Positions 48,781-59,553 of a stretch of 64,000 nucleotides of DNA are shown piece after piece. Positions within the stretch are counted from its first letter, which is position 1; every line of letters begins with the position of its first letter. Location: positions 217,270 through 281,269 of IMG/VR virus record IMGVR_UViG_3300010158_000027, one strand, 5' to 3'. A program made the translations under genes and the position numbers. Below the pieces are notes generated by a model. That model had not been told where the DNA came from, did not search any database, and saw only the letters and a program-made list of their open reading frames with translations.

Positions 48781-49182
48781 ATGATTGAAGAAAACTTAAA
48801 AATAAAAAACACACTTAAAAAACTTTATGAAAACCAAGAGTTTGAAAGTTCATTTGAAGATGAGGTAAACTCATGGAACGATAATGAAATAGTTTATGAA
48901 GAATATGTTTTTAGATATTTTATGAAGGTTGGTAAAGTATTAGGTGAAGGAGATAGAACCGTTGCAGGTATTAACGTTATAATAAGTGACATACAAAAAG
49001 ATGATGATGATTATTATTACGATTGGGTAGAAAACGAATACAGTGAATTTAAATGGTACATCACACATTTACACGATATGTTAATTGAAGACATGGCAAC
49101 TGACTTTCCAATTTCTATTCATCTTACTTTTTATGGTTATGACGAGTATGAGAATTTACCTTTAGATAAAAAAAACCTATAA
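48781..49182 (+). CDS. acidic hypothetical protein
   Basis: 133-aa ORF. Confidence 0.7.
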   Translation: MIEENLKIKNTLKKLYENQEFESSFEDEVNSWNDNEIVYEEYVFRYFMKVGKVLGEGDRTVAGINVIISDIQKDDDDYYYDWVENEYSEFKWYITHLHDMLIEDMATDFPISIHLTFYGYDEYENLPLDKKNL

Positions 49183-49198
49183 TTAAATCAAAAACATT

Positions 49199-49552
49199 AT
49201 GGCACACCCAATACTTCATGCAAAAAGTTCCGCAAAAAAGTTTGGCGGAAAATGGGAGGATTATATTCATCTTCATAATTATCTTGACGAAACTAAGAGT
49301 TGGTATGGACATTCCTTTCACAGAATGTGGAGACACCACTCAGAAGGGATTTTTGAGATGGAACAAAGGTTTGGTCCTGAGTTTAAAAATAGTGATGGTA
49401 AAACCGTTTATACTCGATACGTGGGAGAACAACACGTAAAAGAAGACTGTGATGGGTACATACCAACGGCGAGAGAATGGTTCTTAATTGTAGAAAATAA
49501 ACAAAGACCCCTATGGGCAACAAGGACTCAGAAGTTAGAATTTGAGGATTGA
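49199..49552 (+). CDS. DUF6915-like protein
   Basis: HP..HAKSSAKKFGG..EDY...H...D.TK...HR..RHHSEGIF...EQHV.ED. Confidence 0.75.
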   Translation: MAHPILHAKSSAKKFGGKWEDYIHLHNYLDETKSWYGHSFHRMWRHHSEGIFEMEQRFGPEFKNSDGKTVYTRYVGEQHVKEDCDGYIPTAREWFLIVENKQRPLWATRTQKLEFED

Positions 49553-49565
49553 TATATTTATTAAT

Positions 49566-50321
49566 ATGAACAACATTAAAATATCAGAAAAAGATAAACA
49601 AATACTAAATAGGTATAACCACTTTTTAATGGCGGTTGTTGGTGAAGAAGGGATATTTACGTATGCACATGTATCTGATTATGATGGGTTAGATGGTATT
49701 GATGCGTTAAGTAGTTCAGGGGGTCATGAATTAGACACTAAAAGTGAGGGGTATAACCTATTAAATGATTTAGTTGATGGGTTTTTAAGAGAAAATAGTA
49801 ATGAATTTGTGGATTATCTTTATTGTGATGAGTGCACAGGGTATGGGTACGTTTATGTAAGGTATAATCCATTTAATAGTACCTTTAGTGTTAATTTAGA
49901 AATTGGAACTAGAGGGGGTAATACCTACGAACATGACTTCACTTTTGAAAGGTTAAAAAACCAACCACAGGGACAATGGGGAGAAAGATATGCGGAACTT
50001 AAAAAATTGGGCGATTCTAACTTCATTGAAAAAATGAAAGAAGATTATGGAAATACTTTAGAGATTTCATATGAGGGTGGTGGTGATAGTGGACAAATTA
50101 ATGACTACGGAGATACCGATCACGGAAGTGTTCATATAAATAGTGATATTGAATATGTCGGTTATGAGGTAATTGCCACCCATTATAGTGGTTGGGAAAA
50201 TAATGAAGGTGGTGATGGTAGAATAACATTTGATTTTGAAAATAAAACAGTAACATTACATCACACCGAAAATTTTGATGATTCAGAAACAGAAGATCTA
50301 GGTGAATTTAAATTAGTATAA
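49566..50321 (+). CDS. DUF6878-like domain protein
   Basis: YEGGGDSG...GWENNEGGDG.I.FD; adjacent to DUF6915-like gene. Confidence 0.65.
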   Translation: MNNIKISEKDKQILNRYNHFLMAVVGEEGIFTYAHVSDYDGLDGIDALSSSGGHELDTKSEGYNLLNDLVDGFLRENSNEFVDYLYCDECTGYGYVYVRYNPFNSTFSVNLEIGTRGGNTYEHDFTFERLKNQPQGQWGERYAELKKLGDSNFIEKMKEDYGNTLEISYEGGGDSGQINDYGDTDHGSVHINSDIEYVGYEVIATHYSGWENNEGGDGRITFDFENKTVTLHHTENFDDSETEDLGEFKLV

Positions 50322-51202
50322 TGGAAAATTTAAACGAAAATATTAGTAGAATTAAAACCCTGATGTTGGTTGAAGAGGACGAACAACAGGGATCATTATT
50401 TGCCAACAGGGGTACACCCATCAGTATAAATTCAAACGATTTTGTGGTAGCATTTAAAGAAAAGGTATACTTTATTTTAAAGGATTTATACAAATCAAAT
50501 TGGGATAGTGATAGTAGTAGAGGGCCTGGAGGTCGTGGTGGAGGAGTTGTTGGTATACATACTGTATATGATTTGTTAAATAAAAAAGGATTAACTGATT
50601 ACGACCCTGAAGGTGGTGATTGGTCGATACTAAACTATTTTGATACCAACCCACAAGTTAGAAAAACTATTGTTGGTGAGTACGAAAAAGAGACAGGAAA
50701 TATAATGGATAACACTGAAGTAATGAAGGAATTTATTACGTGGATGTCAAAAAATAGAAATAAATTATTTAAAAATGGGCCAATATTTGATAGTCTAATT
50801 TTAAAAAATACGCAATCACTTTATCAAGGTGAGTTAAACGAAAGAACAGCGTACGACTACTTAACCAACGCATTGAAGAAACTTAAAAATTGGAAATTAA
50901 AGGGTAGATCAATTCCTGGATCTAAAACAGATAGAGGTGGTATTGATTTTGTTATGGTTAATGAAATAAACGGAAAAGAGGCGAAGTTCCAAGTCAAACC
51001 ATTAACTAGTTTAAAAAGAGTAGGAAATTTTTATAAAATAATGAGTTATAATATACGGGAAATAGATAAAAAACCTGTAGATTATTTGGTTTTCGCATCT
51101 AGCGACACTGAAAAAGTTTACATTTTTAAAAATACGACAAGTAGATATACTATTTTAGATAAAGACAACATCCAATTTGAGGATGCACCAATAGCGTTTT
51201 AA
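50321..51202 (+). CDS. leader-bearing protein with PD-(D/E)xK-like nuclease C-terminus
   Basis: GELNE...D..GIDF...FQVK. Confidence 0.55.
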   Translation: MENLNENISRIKTLMLVEEDEQQGSLFANRGTPISINSNDFVVAFKEKVYFILKDLYKSNWDSDSSRGPGGRGGGVVGIHTVYDLLNKKGLTDYDPEGGDWSILNYFDTNPQVRKTIVGEYEKETGNIMDNTEVMKEFITWMSKNRNKLFKNGPIFDSLILKNTQSLYQGELNERTAYDYLTNALKKLKNWKLKGRSIPGSKTDRGGIDFVMVNEINGKEAKFQVKPLTSLKRVGNFYKIMSYNIREIDKKPVDYLVFASSDTEKVYIFKNTTSRYTILDKDNIQFEDAPIAF

Positions 51203-51204
51203 TT

Positions 51205-52296
51205 ATGAATGTGGACGATTTAGTTGATAGTTTTAATGGTGATAAATATGACGAGGATATTCAACCATACTTTAATGACATTCTCAACTTTTTAAAGTAC
51301 GCCAATAAATCTGGGTTTATTGATGATTTAGATTTGTATTTTATCCCTAATGATGAATTTGAGGATGTCTTACCATACTTGGAGGAGTTGGGTAAAGTTG
51401 GAGATTTAGATTATGAAAGTGTTCCTAATGACTTTAAAAACATATTATTATTACATCAGTTAAATAATAACCCACAAGAAACATTAAATTATGTAATGAA
51501 AAATCTGGTTACTGATGTTCATTTTATGAATGGAGGTTATTATTTATATATTAGAGATAGGGATGAACCTGCCAAACTTTTTCGTGATGGTACTACTCGT
51601 AGTTATGCAGAAGCTGTTTTGGATGAAGATGCGTGGGAACCATTTTATGATACCGTAAATAATGTGTATGATGACGTTATTGATGATTTAAATGAGAAAA
51701 ATATTAATAATTTATCTGAATATATTATTAAACGCATTGGCGGTCAGGAATTATCAACTGACGATTATGATGATGATTTATTTCACACCTTTTCTAATGA
51801 ACAAGGAACCGATGGAACCTTTCAAATAACTGGTGAGAATGTGATGAGGTTAATTAAAGATAAAACAGCCATGATGGAGATGTTAAATGTCGAGTTAGAC
51901 GAATTAAAGTGGGAATTGGATTCTTTACATACGAATTCCTATAACACTGCTTATGGATCAGAAATCTATGATAATGTGTGGGGAGAGTTATCAAGGTATT
52001 TTGTGCCCTCATCTTGGGAGACAGTGACAACAGAACGATCTGACGGAAAAAAAGTGTATCATGAGTACATTAAAATTCATGATTTCCAACAAGTTATATA
52101 CGATTTCATATATACAAATAAAACATACGCACAGTATAATGATGGATCATTAGAATATTATGGTCAGTATGTTGACGTAATTAAAGCAATGATGAAAGAT
52201 GGTGCCTACGAATACTTGGACTTTAGAACTCCTGACTATCCAGATTGGAGCTTAACTAAAAAATACATAAATGATAGTTTTAACGATTATATATAA
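51205..52296 (+). CDS. acidic hypothetical protein
   Basis: 363-aa ORF. Confidence 0.75.
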   Translation: MNVDDLVDSFNGDKYDEDIQPYFNDILNFLKYANKSGFIDDLDLYFIPNDEFEDVLPYLEELGKVGDLDYESVPNDFKNILLLHQLNNNPQETLNYVMKNLVTDVHFMNGGYYLYIRDRDEPAKLFRDGTTRSYAEAVLDEDAWEPFYDTVNNVYDDVIDDLNEKNINNLSEYIIKRIGGQELSTDDYDDDLFHTFSNEQGTDGTFQITGENVMRLIKDKTAMMEMLNVELDELKWELDSLHTNSYNTAYGSEIYDNVWGELSRYFVPSSWETVTTERSDGKKVYHEYIKIHDFQQVIYDFIYTNKTYAQYNDGSLEYYGQYVDVIKAMMKDGAYEYLDFRTPDYPDWSLTKKYINDSFNDYI

Positions 52297-52299
52297 AAG

Positions 52300-53331
52300 A
52301 TGGAGAATATATATTACACAATTGCTGAACAAAAAATGGAAAAACTAAGTCACGTTTTAAACGAGATAGAGGGTGAAGATTTAAAAAGACTTATGTCAAG
52401 GGAACTTCAAAAAATTAAATTGATTCCTTTAGATATGTTTAGCTCTAAAGATGCGATAAGTAACATTATAAGTGCTGAAATATCAAGAAAAACTATAGAG
52501 TTTAATAGGACTATTCCGTCTTTAATGTCCTTAAATCTTACACAAGTAAGTACGAGATCTAAATTTAGATTTGATAATTACTATAAAAGATTTTACACAT
52601 CAAGAAATAGAGGATTTGATTTTGAGGGGATGATAGCAGGATTTTTAAATGGAGATATATCAACAGATAAATCATCACCATTCGATATCACCGCTGGTGG
52701 AAATAAAATATCATTAAAAACTTTAAAAAATGAAGGGGAGTCTGTTGTTGTTAAATCTATCGCTAACAGCTTAAAAAAGTATTATGAGTCTTATAACGGA
52801 TCACCTGAAAACAAAGCCGAACTTAGAACTATATTCTCATCAACAAACCCAATAAAATTTTTAGTTGATTCTAAAAACAACGATTTAGTAAATATTGCTG
52901 AGGACGTTATTAGAATGTCTTTAGAGGGTATCGACTCATTATTAATTGGAATACCAAAAGAGGATAATAAAATTGATTTATATTATTTTAGTAAAGAAAA
53001 AGTGGTACAATTGGCAGCTAATCGTGGATCGGCAATGGCACCTAAAAGTTCTGGATCAAAACAATTAAGATTATCATCCAATATTTTAAGTGAAGCTGAC
53101 ATGACTGGAACAATAACTTTTCCCAATTTAACGGATAAAGATTATGAAGACTTTCTTGTTGGTGATGAAACAACAACCAAGACAATACAAACACTAAATA
53201 GTTTTGGTAGTAAATACGGAGTAAGAGGATTGGGTGGACAATTACCCCAAGACATTATTATGGATTTGGCTAAAAGTGACCAATTCATTACCGACATGAA
53301 CTTTATTCTCGGAAATCAAAAAGAGGAATGA
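52300..53331 (+). CDS. possible restriction-endonuclease-fold protein
   Basis: GFDFEG...PFDI...ISLKT pattern. Confidence 0.5.
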   Translation: MENIYYTIAEQKMEKLSHVLNEIEGEDLKRLMSRELQKIKLIPLDMFSSKDAISNIISAEISRKTIEFNRTIPSLMSLNLTQVSTRSKFRFDNYYKRFYTSRNRGFDFEGMIAGFLNGDISTDKSSPFDITAGGNKISLKTLKNEGESVVVKSIANSLKKYYESYNGSPENKAELRTIFSSTNPIKFLVDSKNNDLVNIAEDVIRMSLEGIDSLLIGIPKEDNKIDLYYFSKEKVVQLAANRGSAMAPKSSGSKQLRLSSNILSEADMTGTITFPNLTDKDYEDFLVGDETTTKTIQTLNSFGSKYGVRGLGGQLPQDIIMDLAKSDQFITDMNFILGNQKEE

Positions 53332-53564
53332 ATATTATAGTTACAAAAGAACAGTTAAACATATTAAGAGAAAACAATCCAAAAGAGTTTAATTGTGATA
53401 AGTGCGACCATACTTGGACAATAAACCCAGAAGATAATGATCCGTATTTTTGTCATATATGTGGTTATGACACCCACAAAAAAAAGTGTGACTATGACAA
53501 ACTCGAAGACTTTTGGAAAAATCACAAAAAAGACGACATCGTAAAGGAAAACAAAATTAAATAA
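53328..53564 (+). CDS. Zn-ribbon protein with MNIIVTKEQ leader
   Basis: CDKC...CHICG. Confidence 0.7.
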   Translation: MNIIVTKEQLNILRENNPKEFNCDKCDHTWTINPEDNDPYFCHICGYDTHKKKCDYDKLEDFWKNHKKDDIVKENKIK

Positions 53565-53611
53565 TCCATTAACGATTTGATTAATCAAACTAATTCCATT
53601 ATATTTTTATT

Positions 53612-54424
53612 ATGGAAAAAAATAAAATCTATTTGGAGGATAATTTAGAAACCCTATCAAAAACTACTGACAATTATTATGATATGGTGATAACCTCACC
53701 ACCTTATGATGGTATTAGGAAATACAATGGATTTGTTTTTGACATCGATACCTTAACTACCGAACTATATAGGACCACAAAAAATGGTGGAGTAGTTGTA
53801 TGGGTTGTCAACGATCAAGTAGTAAAGGGATCGGAAACAGGAACAAGTTTCAGGCAAGTTTTAAAATTCATGGAAGCAGGATTTCTATTACACGACACTA
53901 TGATATATGAGAAAAACTCGAGTTCATACCCCGCAAGTTCAAAAAGTAATAGATACACTCAGATTTTTGAGTACATGTTTGTGTTTTCAAAGGGTAAACC
54001 AAAAACTGTAAATTTAATATGTGATAAACCAAACAAATGGGCGGGTCACACAAACTGGGGTAAAAACACAAAACGTATTGGTGATAATGAGCAATTGGTT
54101 GAGGTTGGGAATATTAAACCCGTACCTGACTTTAGCCCAAGAAATAATATTTGGAGATACGTTAATGGTGGAGGGTTCGCATCAAAAGATAAGATAGCAC
54201 ATAAACATCCAGCAATATTTCCAGAGGAGTTGGTTAAAGATCATCTTATTAGTTGGACAAATGAAGGTGATTTGGTTTATGATCCGTTTATTGGTTCAGG
54301 GACTGTTGCTAAGATGTGTATATTATTGAATAGGGATTACATTGGTAGTGAGATATCTGAAGAGTATGTTGACATCTGTAATGAAAGGATAGAAATCACA
54401 AAAAAAACATTAGAAAAAGTTTGA
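53612..54424 (+). CDS. DNA methyltransferase, N4-C/N6-A beta class
   Basis: TSPPY, HPAIFP, DPFIGSGT. Confidence 0.92.
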   Translation: MEKNKIYLEDNLETLSKTTDNYYDMVITSPPYDGIRKYNGFVFDIDTLTTELYRTTKNGGVVVWVVNDQVVKGSETGTSFRQVLKFMEAGFLLHDTMIYEKNSSSYPASSKSNRYTQIFEYMFVFSKGKPKTVNLICDKPNKWAGHTNWGKNTKRIGDNEQLVEVGNIKPVPDFSPRNNIWRYVNGGGFASKDKIAHKHPAIFPEELVKDHLISWTNEGDLVYDPFIGSGTVAKMCILLNRDYIGSEISEEYVDICNERIEITKKTLEKV

Positions 54425-54487
54425 ATAATCGAAATAGTTTATATAAATTTGTACTATTATTAATCATTTAAAAAATAAACAAAAATT

Positions 54488-54739
54488 ATGGCAACAAAAA
54501 CAGGAAACAAAGGACGTTACATTTGCAAAGTTGGTTACTTGGATATCTACGCGAAAGATACCTTAAAGTCTAAAAAAGAGACTACACGCAATTGTGCGAA
54601 AGGTGAGGTTAAATCGACAGTTTATAACATCCTTCACGGAAAAAAAGTGTCTTTAGCTAATTTAAATAGTAAAGAATCTGCAGTTGCCAAAGCGATTGAA
54701 TTGATGGGGAATAAAGTGGAACTTTACGGGTTAATTTAA
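54488..54739 (+). CDS. small basic protein
   Basis: Between a TAAATTTG box and a hairpin terminator. Confidence 0.7.
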   Translation: MATKTGNKGRYICKVGYLDIYAKDTLKSKKETTRNCAKGEVKSTVYNILHGKKVSLANLNSKESAVAKAIELMGNKVELYGLI

Positions 54740-54809
54740 ATCCATCTATTATAAATAATAAAGTCAGGATTATGTCCTGACTTTTTTAGTTTGTATGGTA
54801 TTTATATGT

Positions 54810-55232
54810 ATGGAATTTAAAAAGGGGGATTTACGACTATTTGAAGAAAAAACTGAGAGCAGTGTTTTCAAAAAAGTATTGTCCAAATTTATGGAGATTA
54901 AAAACAAAGCGAAGTTAGAAATCGAAGAAACAAAAGCCCTTGTTCGAATTATAGTTTATGCTGTAAAGTCGTACTCAAAAAATAGAGAATTCGATTTAGA
55001 TAAAAAAGATATGAAGTTTATCCAGGGACAATCTGCCGATGTAATTAAAAACCTATTAATGGTTACCATATCGCTCATCCCAATTCCAATTCCTGTAGTA
55101 CCATTTTTAATTATATTTGGTAAAAAAATAGGTATCGATATATTACCTAAAGAACATGAAATTCCAGAAAAAGGTAAGAAAAAAGATAAACCAAACGAAT
55201 CGGTAATCATTGAATCACCAAAGAGAAACTAA
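54810..55232 (+). CDS. hypothetical protein with hydrophobic Pro-rich segment
   Basis: TATTTATA upstream; ISLIPIPIPVVPFLIIF. Confidence 0.65.
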   Translation: MEFKKGDLRLFEEKTESSVFKKVLSKFMEIKNKAKLEIEETKALVRIIVYAVKSYSKNREFDLDKKDMKFIQGQSADVIKNLLMVTISLIPIPIPVVPFLIIFGKKIGIDILPKEHEIPEKGKKKDKPNESVIIESPKRN

Positions 55233-55233
55233 A

Positions 55234-55803
55234 ATGAATATAATAATAACTGAAGCCCAATATAACTCATTAACGGAGGAAAATCTTAGAGAGTTTTTAT
55301 ATTCTCTTTGGAATAACCAAAAAAAACATGGGGAAGAACCAACTTTTGATGAAATCATTTATCAGGTTAGCGATATTAGAAAAGACAGTAACGAAGATTA
55401 TGAAATTATACGACCGATATGGTATGACTATAACGGGGGATATGATAAGTTACTCCAAGAAATAAAAGATGTGGTAGAGCATGATGAAATACAAATAAAA
55501 GGTGAAAGTAATCTTGATATTATTATTTTTGTAACTGAGGTAATCTCTTATGGTGTAAAATACGAAGCAGGGATAATTGAAATTAACTGTAAAGTTGTTG
55601 GTGGTAAAGTTGATGGTTATGTTTATCATGACGAAACGGGTGAACAGACTTTGGTACCAAACATGGACATATTTGAGATGTTTAGAGAATTAGAATACGA
55701 TACGGAGTATTTCGAAGAGTTTATAAAATCGGAGTGTTACGACTACATGTATGAAAGACTAAAACATTTTGGTGTACCAATAGGTGTAAATCTCGAATTT
55801 TAA
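55234..55803 (+). CDS. leader-bearing protein (MNIIITEAQ)
   Basis: Leader motif; appears related to 55806. Confidence 0.75.
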   Translation: MNIIITEAQYNSLTEENLREFLYSLWNNQKKHGEEPTFDEIIYQVSDIRKDSNEDYEIIRPIWYDYNGGYDKLLQEIKDVVEHDEIQIKGESNLDIIIFVTEVISYGVKYEAGIIEINCKVVGGKVDGYVYHDETGEQTLVPNMDIFEMFRELEYDTEYFEEFIKSECYDYMYERLKHFGVPIGVNLEF

Positions 55804-55805
55804 TT

Positions 55806-56372
55806 ATGAAAATAATAATAACAGAAACGCAATACCATAAATTGATGGAATCTTTTTCAGATGAAGAGGAGAAAGCAAAACGTGCGTTGTTTAAAATTTG
55901 GCAAAGCGAACTTGATAGTGGTGAGGAAATTGAATTAGACCCCAAGGTGTTAGACTACATTAACTACACCCCAACAAGTTGGAAAGATATTTACACACTA
56001 TATGGTGAGTTTCTTGGTGGTTGGGATAAGATGATTGAAAAAACCCACCAACTAATGGATGATAAAACTTTCGACACTATGGATTATGATGGTAGAGGTG
56101 GTTATGATTTTAGATTTAAGGTTACTAGTTGGGCTTATACAGAAAAAGAACATAATGTAATACACGTTAACTACATGATAGAACGTGACGGTGAAGTAAC
56201 CTTAATGACTGATGGGAAAACACATACATTAAAAGATGTCAGTAATGATAAAGATTTATGGTGGGAAGTCGAAAGTGAAATGATATCTATATTTGATGAG
56301 ATTATGTTTGAGGATATCACAAAAAAGACGGGAATAATTGTGTATGGTGAAAATTTTTGGATAGAAGAATGA
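55806..56372 (+). CDS. leader-bearing protein (MKIIITETQ)
   Basis: Leader motif. Confidence 0.78.
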   Translation: MKIIITETQYHKLMESFSDEEEKAKRALFKIWQSELDSGEEIELDPKVLDYINYTPTSWKDIYTLYGEFLGGWDKMIEKTHQLMDDKTFDTMDYDGRGGYDFRFKVTSWAYTEKEHNVIHVNYMIERDGEVTLMTDGKTHTLKDVSNDKDLWWEVESEMISIFDEIMFEDITKKTGIIVYGENFWIEE

Positions 56373-56767
56373 GAATAATAATAACGGAGAATCAATATAA
56401 AATGTTATTGGAATCAAATACTGAATCCATGCAAAATGTTATTGATATGGCTTTTGAATCATTAAAGGAAAAATGTGAAGAGGGGGAGGATTTTGATGTG
56501 ACGTATATTGAATCCCAACTTAATGTGACTGAAGAAATAAAAGTCGTTGATGTTCAGAAAACGACAGCAAAAAACTACTTAACAGGTAAAGAAAGTAGTC
56601 TTTTGTTTGTTACTGTTGACATATACATTCACTCAATTTATGAATCAATAGATGCTGATGAAATGATACATGAATTAAGATTAGAGTGTGAAGAAATAGT
56701 CGGTAAAGGTAACATTAGATTAAAGGTGAGAGATGTTATAAATAATAACACAAATAGACAGTGGTAA
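56369..56767 (+). CDS. leader-bearing protein (MRIIITENQ)
   Basis: Leader motif; ATGA overlap. Confidence 0.78.
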   Translation: MRIIITENQYKMLLESNTESMQNVIDMAFESLKEKCEEGEDFDVTYIESQLNVTEEIKVVDVQKTTAKNYLTGKESSLLFVTVDIYIHSIYESIDADEMIHELRLECEEIVGKGNIRLKVRDVINNNTNRQW

Positions 56768-56770
56768 AAT

Positions 56771-57382
56771 ATGAAAATAATAGTAACGGAGGACCAGTTT
56801 AAATTACTCCAAGAAAACGATAATGATTTTATTAAAACTAAATCCGTTATAGTCTCTATGTATGATCAAGGAATGTCCATTTACGACATTAAAAATTATA
56901 CTGGGTTGGATTATGATGTTATCATTCTATGTCTAAAGGATAAAAAAATAATAAGTGGGGGTGATTGTGAAGAGATTTATGATTTATTATACCATTATCT
57001 TTATCGTACTGAGTTTATTATTAAAGATTACAAATATAGTGATGGGTCAACAATTACGATTGACATGGATGGTAACGCCACTGCAGAGTTTGAGTATACG
57101 GCTGCCGATGGTGACCAAGTATATGGTTATGGTACATTTTTATGGGATGGTGGTTGTGATTGGCCCTTAGATGCCGATTATTTTAAGTCTGGATATGATA
57201 GAATAGATGATCCTAAATTTTATGGTAACATTGATTGGTCGTTATATAATGATGAATTTATAAAAATAGAAACGATGGATGATATAATTAATTTTTTTAA
57301 TAATCATTATTTTGAATTAATAAAAAGTCCGATAGATAAGTTAATTGATGAGTATAGGGCGGATTTACTTGAAATGGACTAA
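56771..57382 (+). CDS. leader-bearing protein (MKIIVTEDQ)
   Basis: Leader motif. Confidence 0.78.
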   Translation: MKIIVTEDQFKLLQENDNDFIKTKSVIVSMYDQGMSIYDIKNYTGLDYDVIILCLKDKKIISGGDCEEIYDLLYHYLYRTEFIIKDYKYSDGSTITIDMDGNATAEFEYTAADGDQVYGYGTFLWDGGCDWPLDADYFKSGYDRIDDPKFYGNIDWSLYNDEFIKIETMDDIINFFNNHYFELIKSPIDKLIDEYRADLLEMD

Positions 57383-57433
57383 AAACTATTATATACTTAA
57401 ACGATACCGACATCAAAAAATTAAATTAAAATT

Positions 57434-57757
57434 ATGGAAATTACAACGTTAGAATTACAAGAAAAAATTAAAAATGGTGAGAAATTAATCGTGGACTTCT
57501 GGGCTAATTTTTGTGGTCCGTGTAGGATGATGAAACCTGTGTTCGATAAAGTTTCTGATGAGTTTAGAAACGAAAACTCGGATGTGAAACTTTACACAAT
57601 GGACATCGATCAAAATAGAGAATATGTAACCACATTGGGTATTAGAAGTATACCAACGATTAAATCGTTTTCGGATGGTCAGATGACTAACACCGTTGTT
57701 GGTATGGTTAGTGAAGAAGGTATTAAACAATTAGTTAAAAATTTAATAAATGATTAA
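57434..57757 (+). CDS. trxA: thioredoxin
   Basis: VDFWANFCGPC...IRSIPT. Confidence 0.9.
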   Translation: MEITTLELQEKIKNGEKLIVDFWANFCGPCRMMKPVFDKVSDEFRNENSDVKLYTMDIDQNREYVTTLGIRSIPTIKSFSDGQMTNTVVGMVSEEGIKQLVKNLIND

Positions 57758-57796
57758 TGAAAAAATATATACTAGTGTTTACAATTTTAATTATAT

Positions 57797-58174
57797 TTGT
57801 ATCATGTAAAACCACGAAAGATGCGAACTGTGATGCTTATAGCCAAATTTTTAAAAAAACCGACGTTAAATACCGAAGAAATAAACAAGACATTAGACAA
57901 GATGTCTGTGTTTATAAACACATCTATTGAATCTGTAAATGAACAGGATGAATGTATAATCGTTATCGATAAAGATATTAATGCGATAGTGTTTTACGAT
58001 AAGATTAGAAGTAATTTATATTACGACAGGAATATTTTAGGTAAGGGTTTGGAAAAAGGATTTCCCAATAATACAACGGAGACTAAAAATGGTGCGGTTG
58101 AAAGGTTCTTTAAAGAAAAATACCCCAAACTTATAGTGAAAAAGGTGACATCAAAAGTGTTAACAACATCATAA
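57797..58174 (+). CDS. hypothetical protein (start uncertain)
   Basis: 125-aa ORF. Confidence 0.55.
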   Translation: MYHVKPRKMRTVMLIAKFLKKPTLNTEEINKTLDKMSVFINTSIESVNEQDECIIVIDKDINAIVFYDKIRSNLYYDRNILGKGLEKGFPNNTTETKNGAVERFFKEKYPKLIVKKVTSKVLTTS

Positions 58175-58176
58175 GA

Positions 58177-58662
58177 TCATTGCCTTATGAATTGCCATAC
58201 GATATCGTCAGTATCTATATCATATTCGTTTTCTAAAATTTCACCTACATCATACAACTGTTGTTGGTCGGAATTTAAAAAAGTAAGGAATAACCAAGGC
58301 GAACCAGTCACGAATTGCCACTTATAATCAACGCCCAATTCCTCTAATGATGAAAACAGATAACTATATGCCAATGAATTATCTATTGAGTCCTCATTTG
58401 ATAGATACCGTATGTCAAATTCCTCAAAAGTATAACCAACTAAAGGTAAAAATTCTTGAAGTTCCTCTTCATAGACACCATTATCTAAATCAATGATGGT
58501 ATCATAATATTTTTGGTCAAAATAACCAGAACTTTTCCATAGTTTACGGTGGTCCACAATGACGTCGAATATTAAGTCATCAGAATAAACGTTGATATCA
58601 TAAGTAATTTTATCACTATTAAACACATTAGAATCGATAAGTGCTTTTATTTTTTTGTTCAT
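58177..58662 (-). CDS. acidic hypothetical protein
   Basis: ATG at 58662 preceded by TATTTAT on minus strand. Confidence 0.7.
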   Translation of the reverse strand: MNKKIKALIDSNVFNSDKITYDINVYSDDLIFDVIVDHRKLWKSSGYFDQKYYDTIIDLDNGVYEEELQEFLPLVGYTFEEFDIRYLSNEDSIDNSLAYSYLFSSLEELGVDYKWQFVTGSPWLFLTFLNSDQQQLYDVGEILENEYDIDTDDIVWQFIRQ

Positions 58663-58741
58663 AATAATAAATATATTAAAATTTGTTTGGCAGTATAGTA
58701 AATATGGTATATCTTCGTAAAACATTTAAAACGATATAGAT

Positions 58742-59494
58742 ATGATGACATCAGAACAAATTAAAGCAATTGCACCTTCAATATTCTCAACTTCAGCATC
58801 TCCGAAGATGTCAGATAAGTACGTATTCGTACCAACGGTAGACATTTTGGAAAACTTTGAAAGAGAGGGTTGGGAAATTGCGTCAGCAAAACAAACAGGG
58901 AGAGGTATATATGGTGTCCATGAAATCCGTTTACGTAATGGGGAACTACCAAACGTGGGTGATACATTGGTTGAGGCAATCATTCGTAACTCACACAATG
59001 GAACAACAACATTGGGTGTTAGTGCGGGTCTCCACCGCGTGATCTGTAAAAATGGATTAACGGTTCCCACCGCACTTGCGGAGTCTTTTAATGTTAGACA
59101 CCAACGATTCGATTTGGATGACGTAAAACGACTTACTGAGTCATTTGCAGGTAAACTACCGAAGATTGAGGGATCTGTTAATAGAATGATGGAACGTATC
59201 ATGACAACAGATGAAAAAATTGATTTTGTTCGTAGATCATCTGAGATTCGATTCAGTAAAGAAAAAGTTTTAAATAACATGGAAATCGTTGGTTTAATAA
59301 CTCCAAACCGTTCCGAAGATGAGGGTGACGATATGTGGAAGTTATTCAATGTAGTACAAGAAAAGTTCGTCAGAGGAGGGTTAGAGTATTCATCACCAAA
59401 AGGACGAAGAACTAAACTTAAAGGGCTACAAAACATAATGGCTGTGAACCAAGTGAACACCAAACTTTGGGAACTTGCTGAGGAAATGATTTAA
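58742..59494 (+). CDS. DUF932/DUF945 family protein
   Basis: APSIF...SDKYVFVPT...NSHNG...G.HRVIC.NGL...W.LFNVVQE. Confidence 0.85.
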   Translation: MMTSEQIKAIAPSIFSTSASPKMSDKYVFVPTVDILENFEREGWEIASAKQTGRGIYGVHEIRLRNGELPNVGDTLVEAIIRNSHNGTTTLGVSAGLHRVICKNGLTVPTALAESFNVRHQRFDLDDVKRLTESFAGKLPKIEGSVNRMMERIMTTDEKIDFVRRSSEIRFSKEKVLNNMEIVGLITPNRSEDEGDDMWKLFNVVQEKFVRGGLEYSSPKGRRTKLKGLQNIMAVNQVNTKLWELAEEMI

Positions 59495-59553
59495 TCATTT
59501 GAAATGTGGAGGTAACACTCCACATTTTTGTTTTATAGGGTATTTATAGTATT

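Noticed and set aside
58726-59463. Long antisense ORF (and similar shadows at 7910-8437, 27181-27609, 35132-35434)
   Set aside because: Mirror frames of well-supported genes on the other strand.
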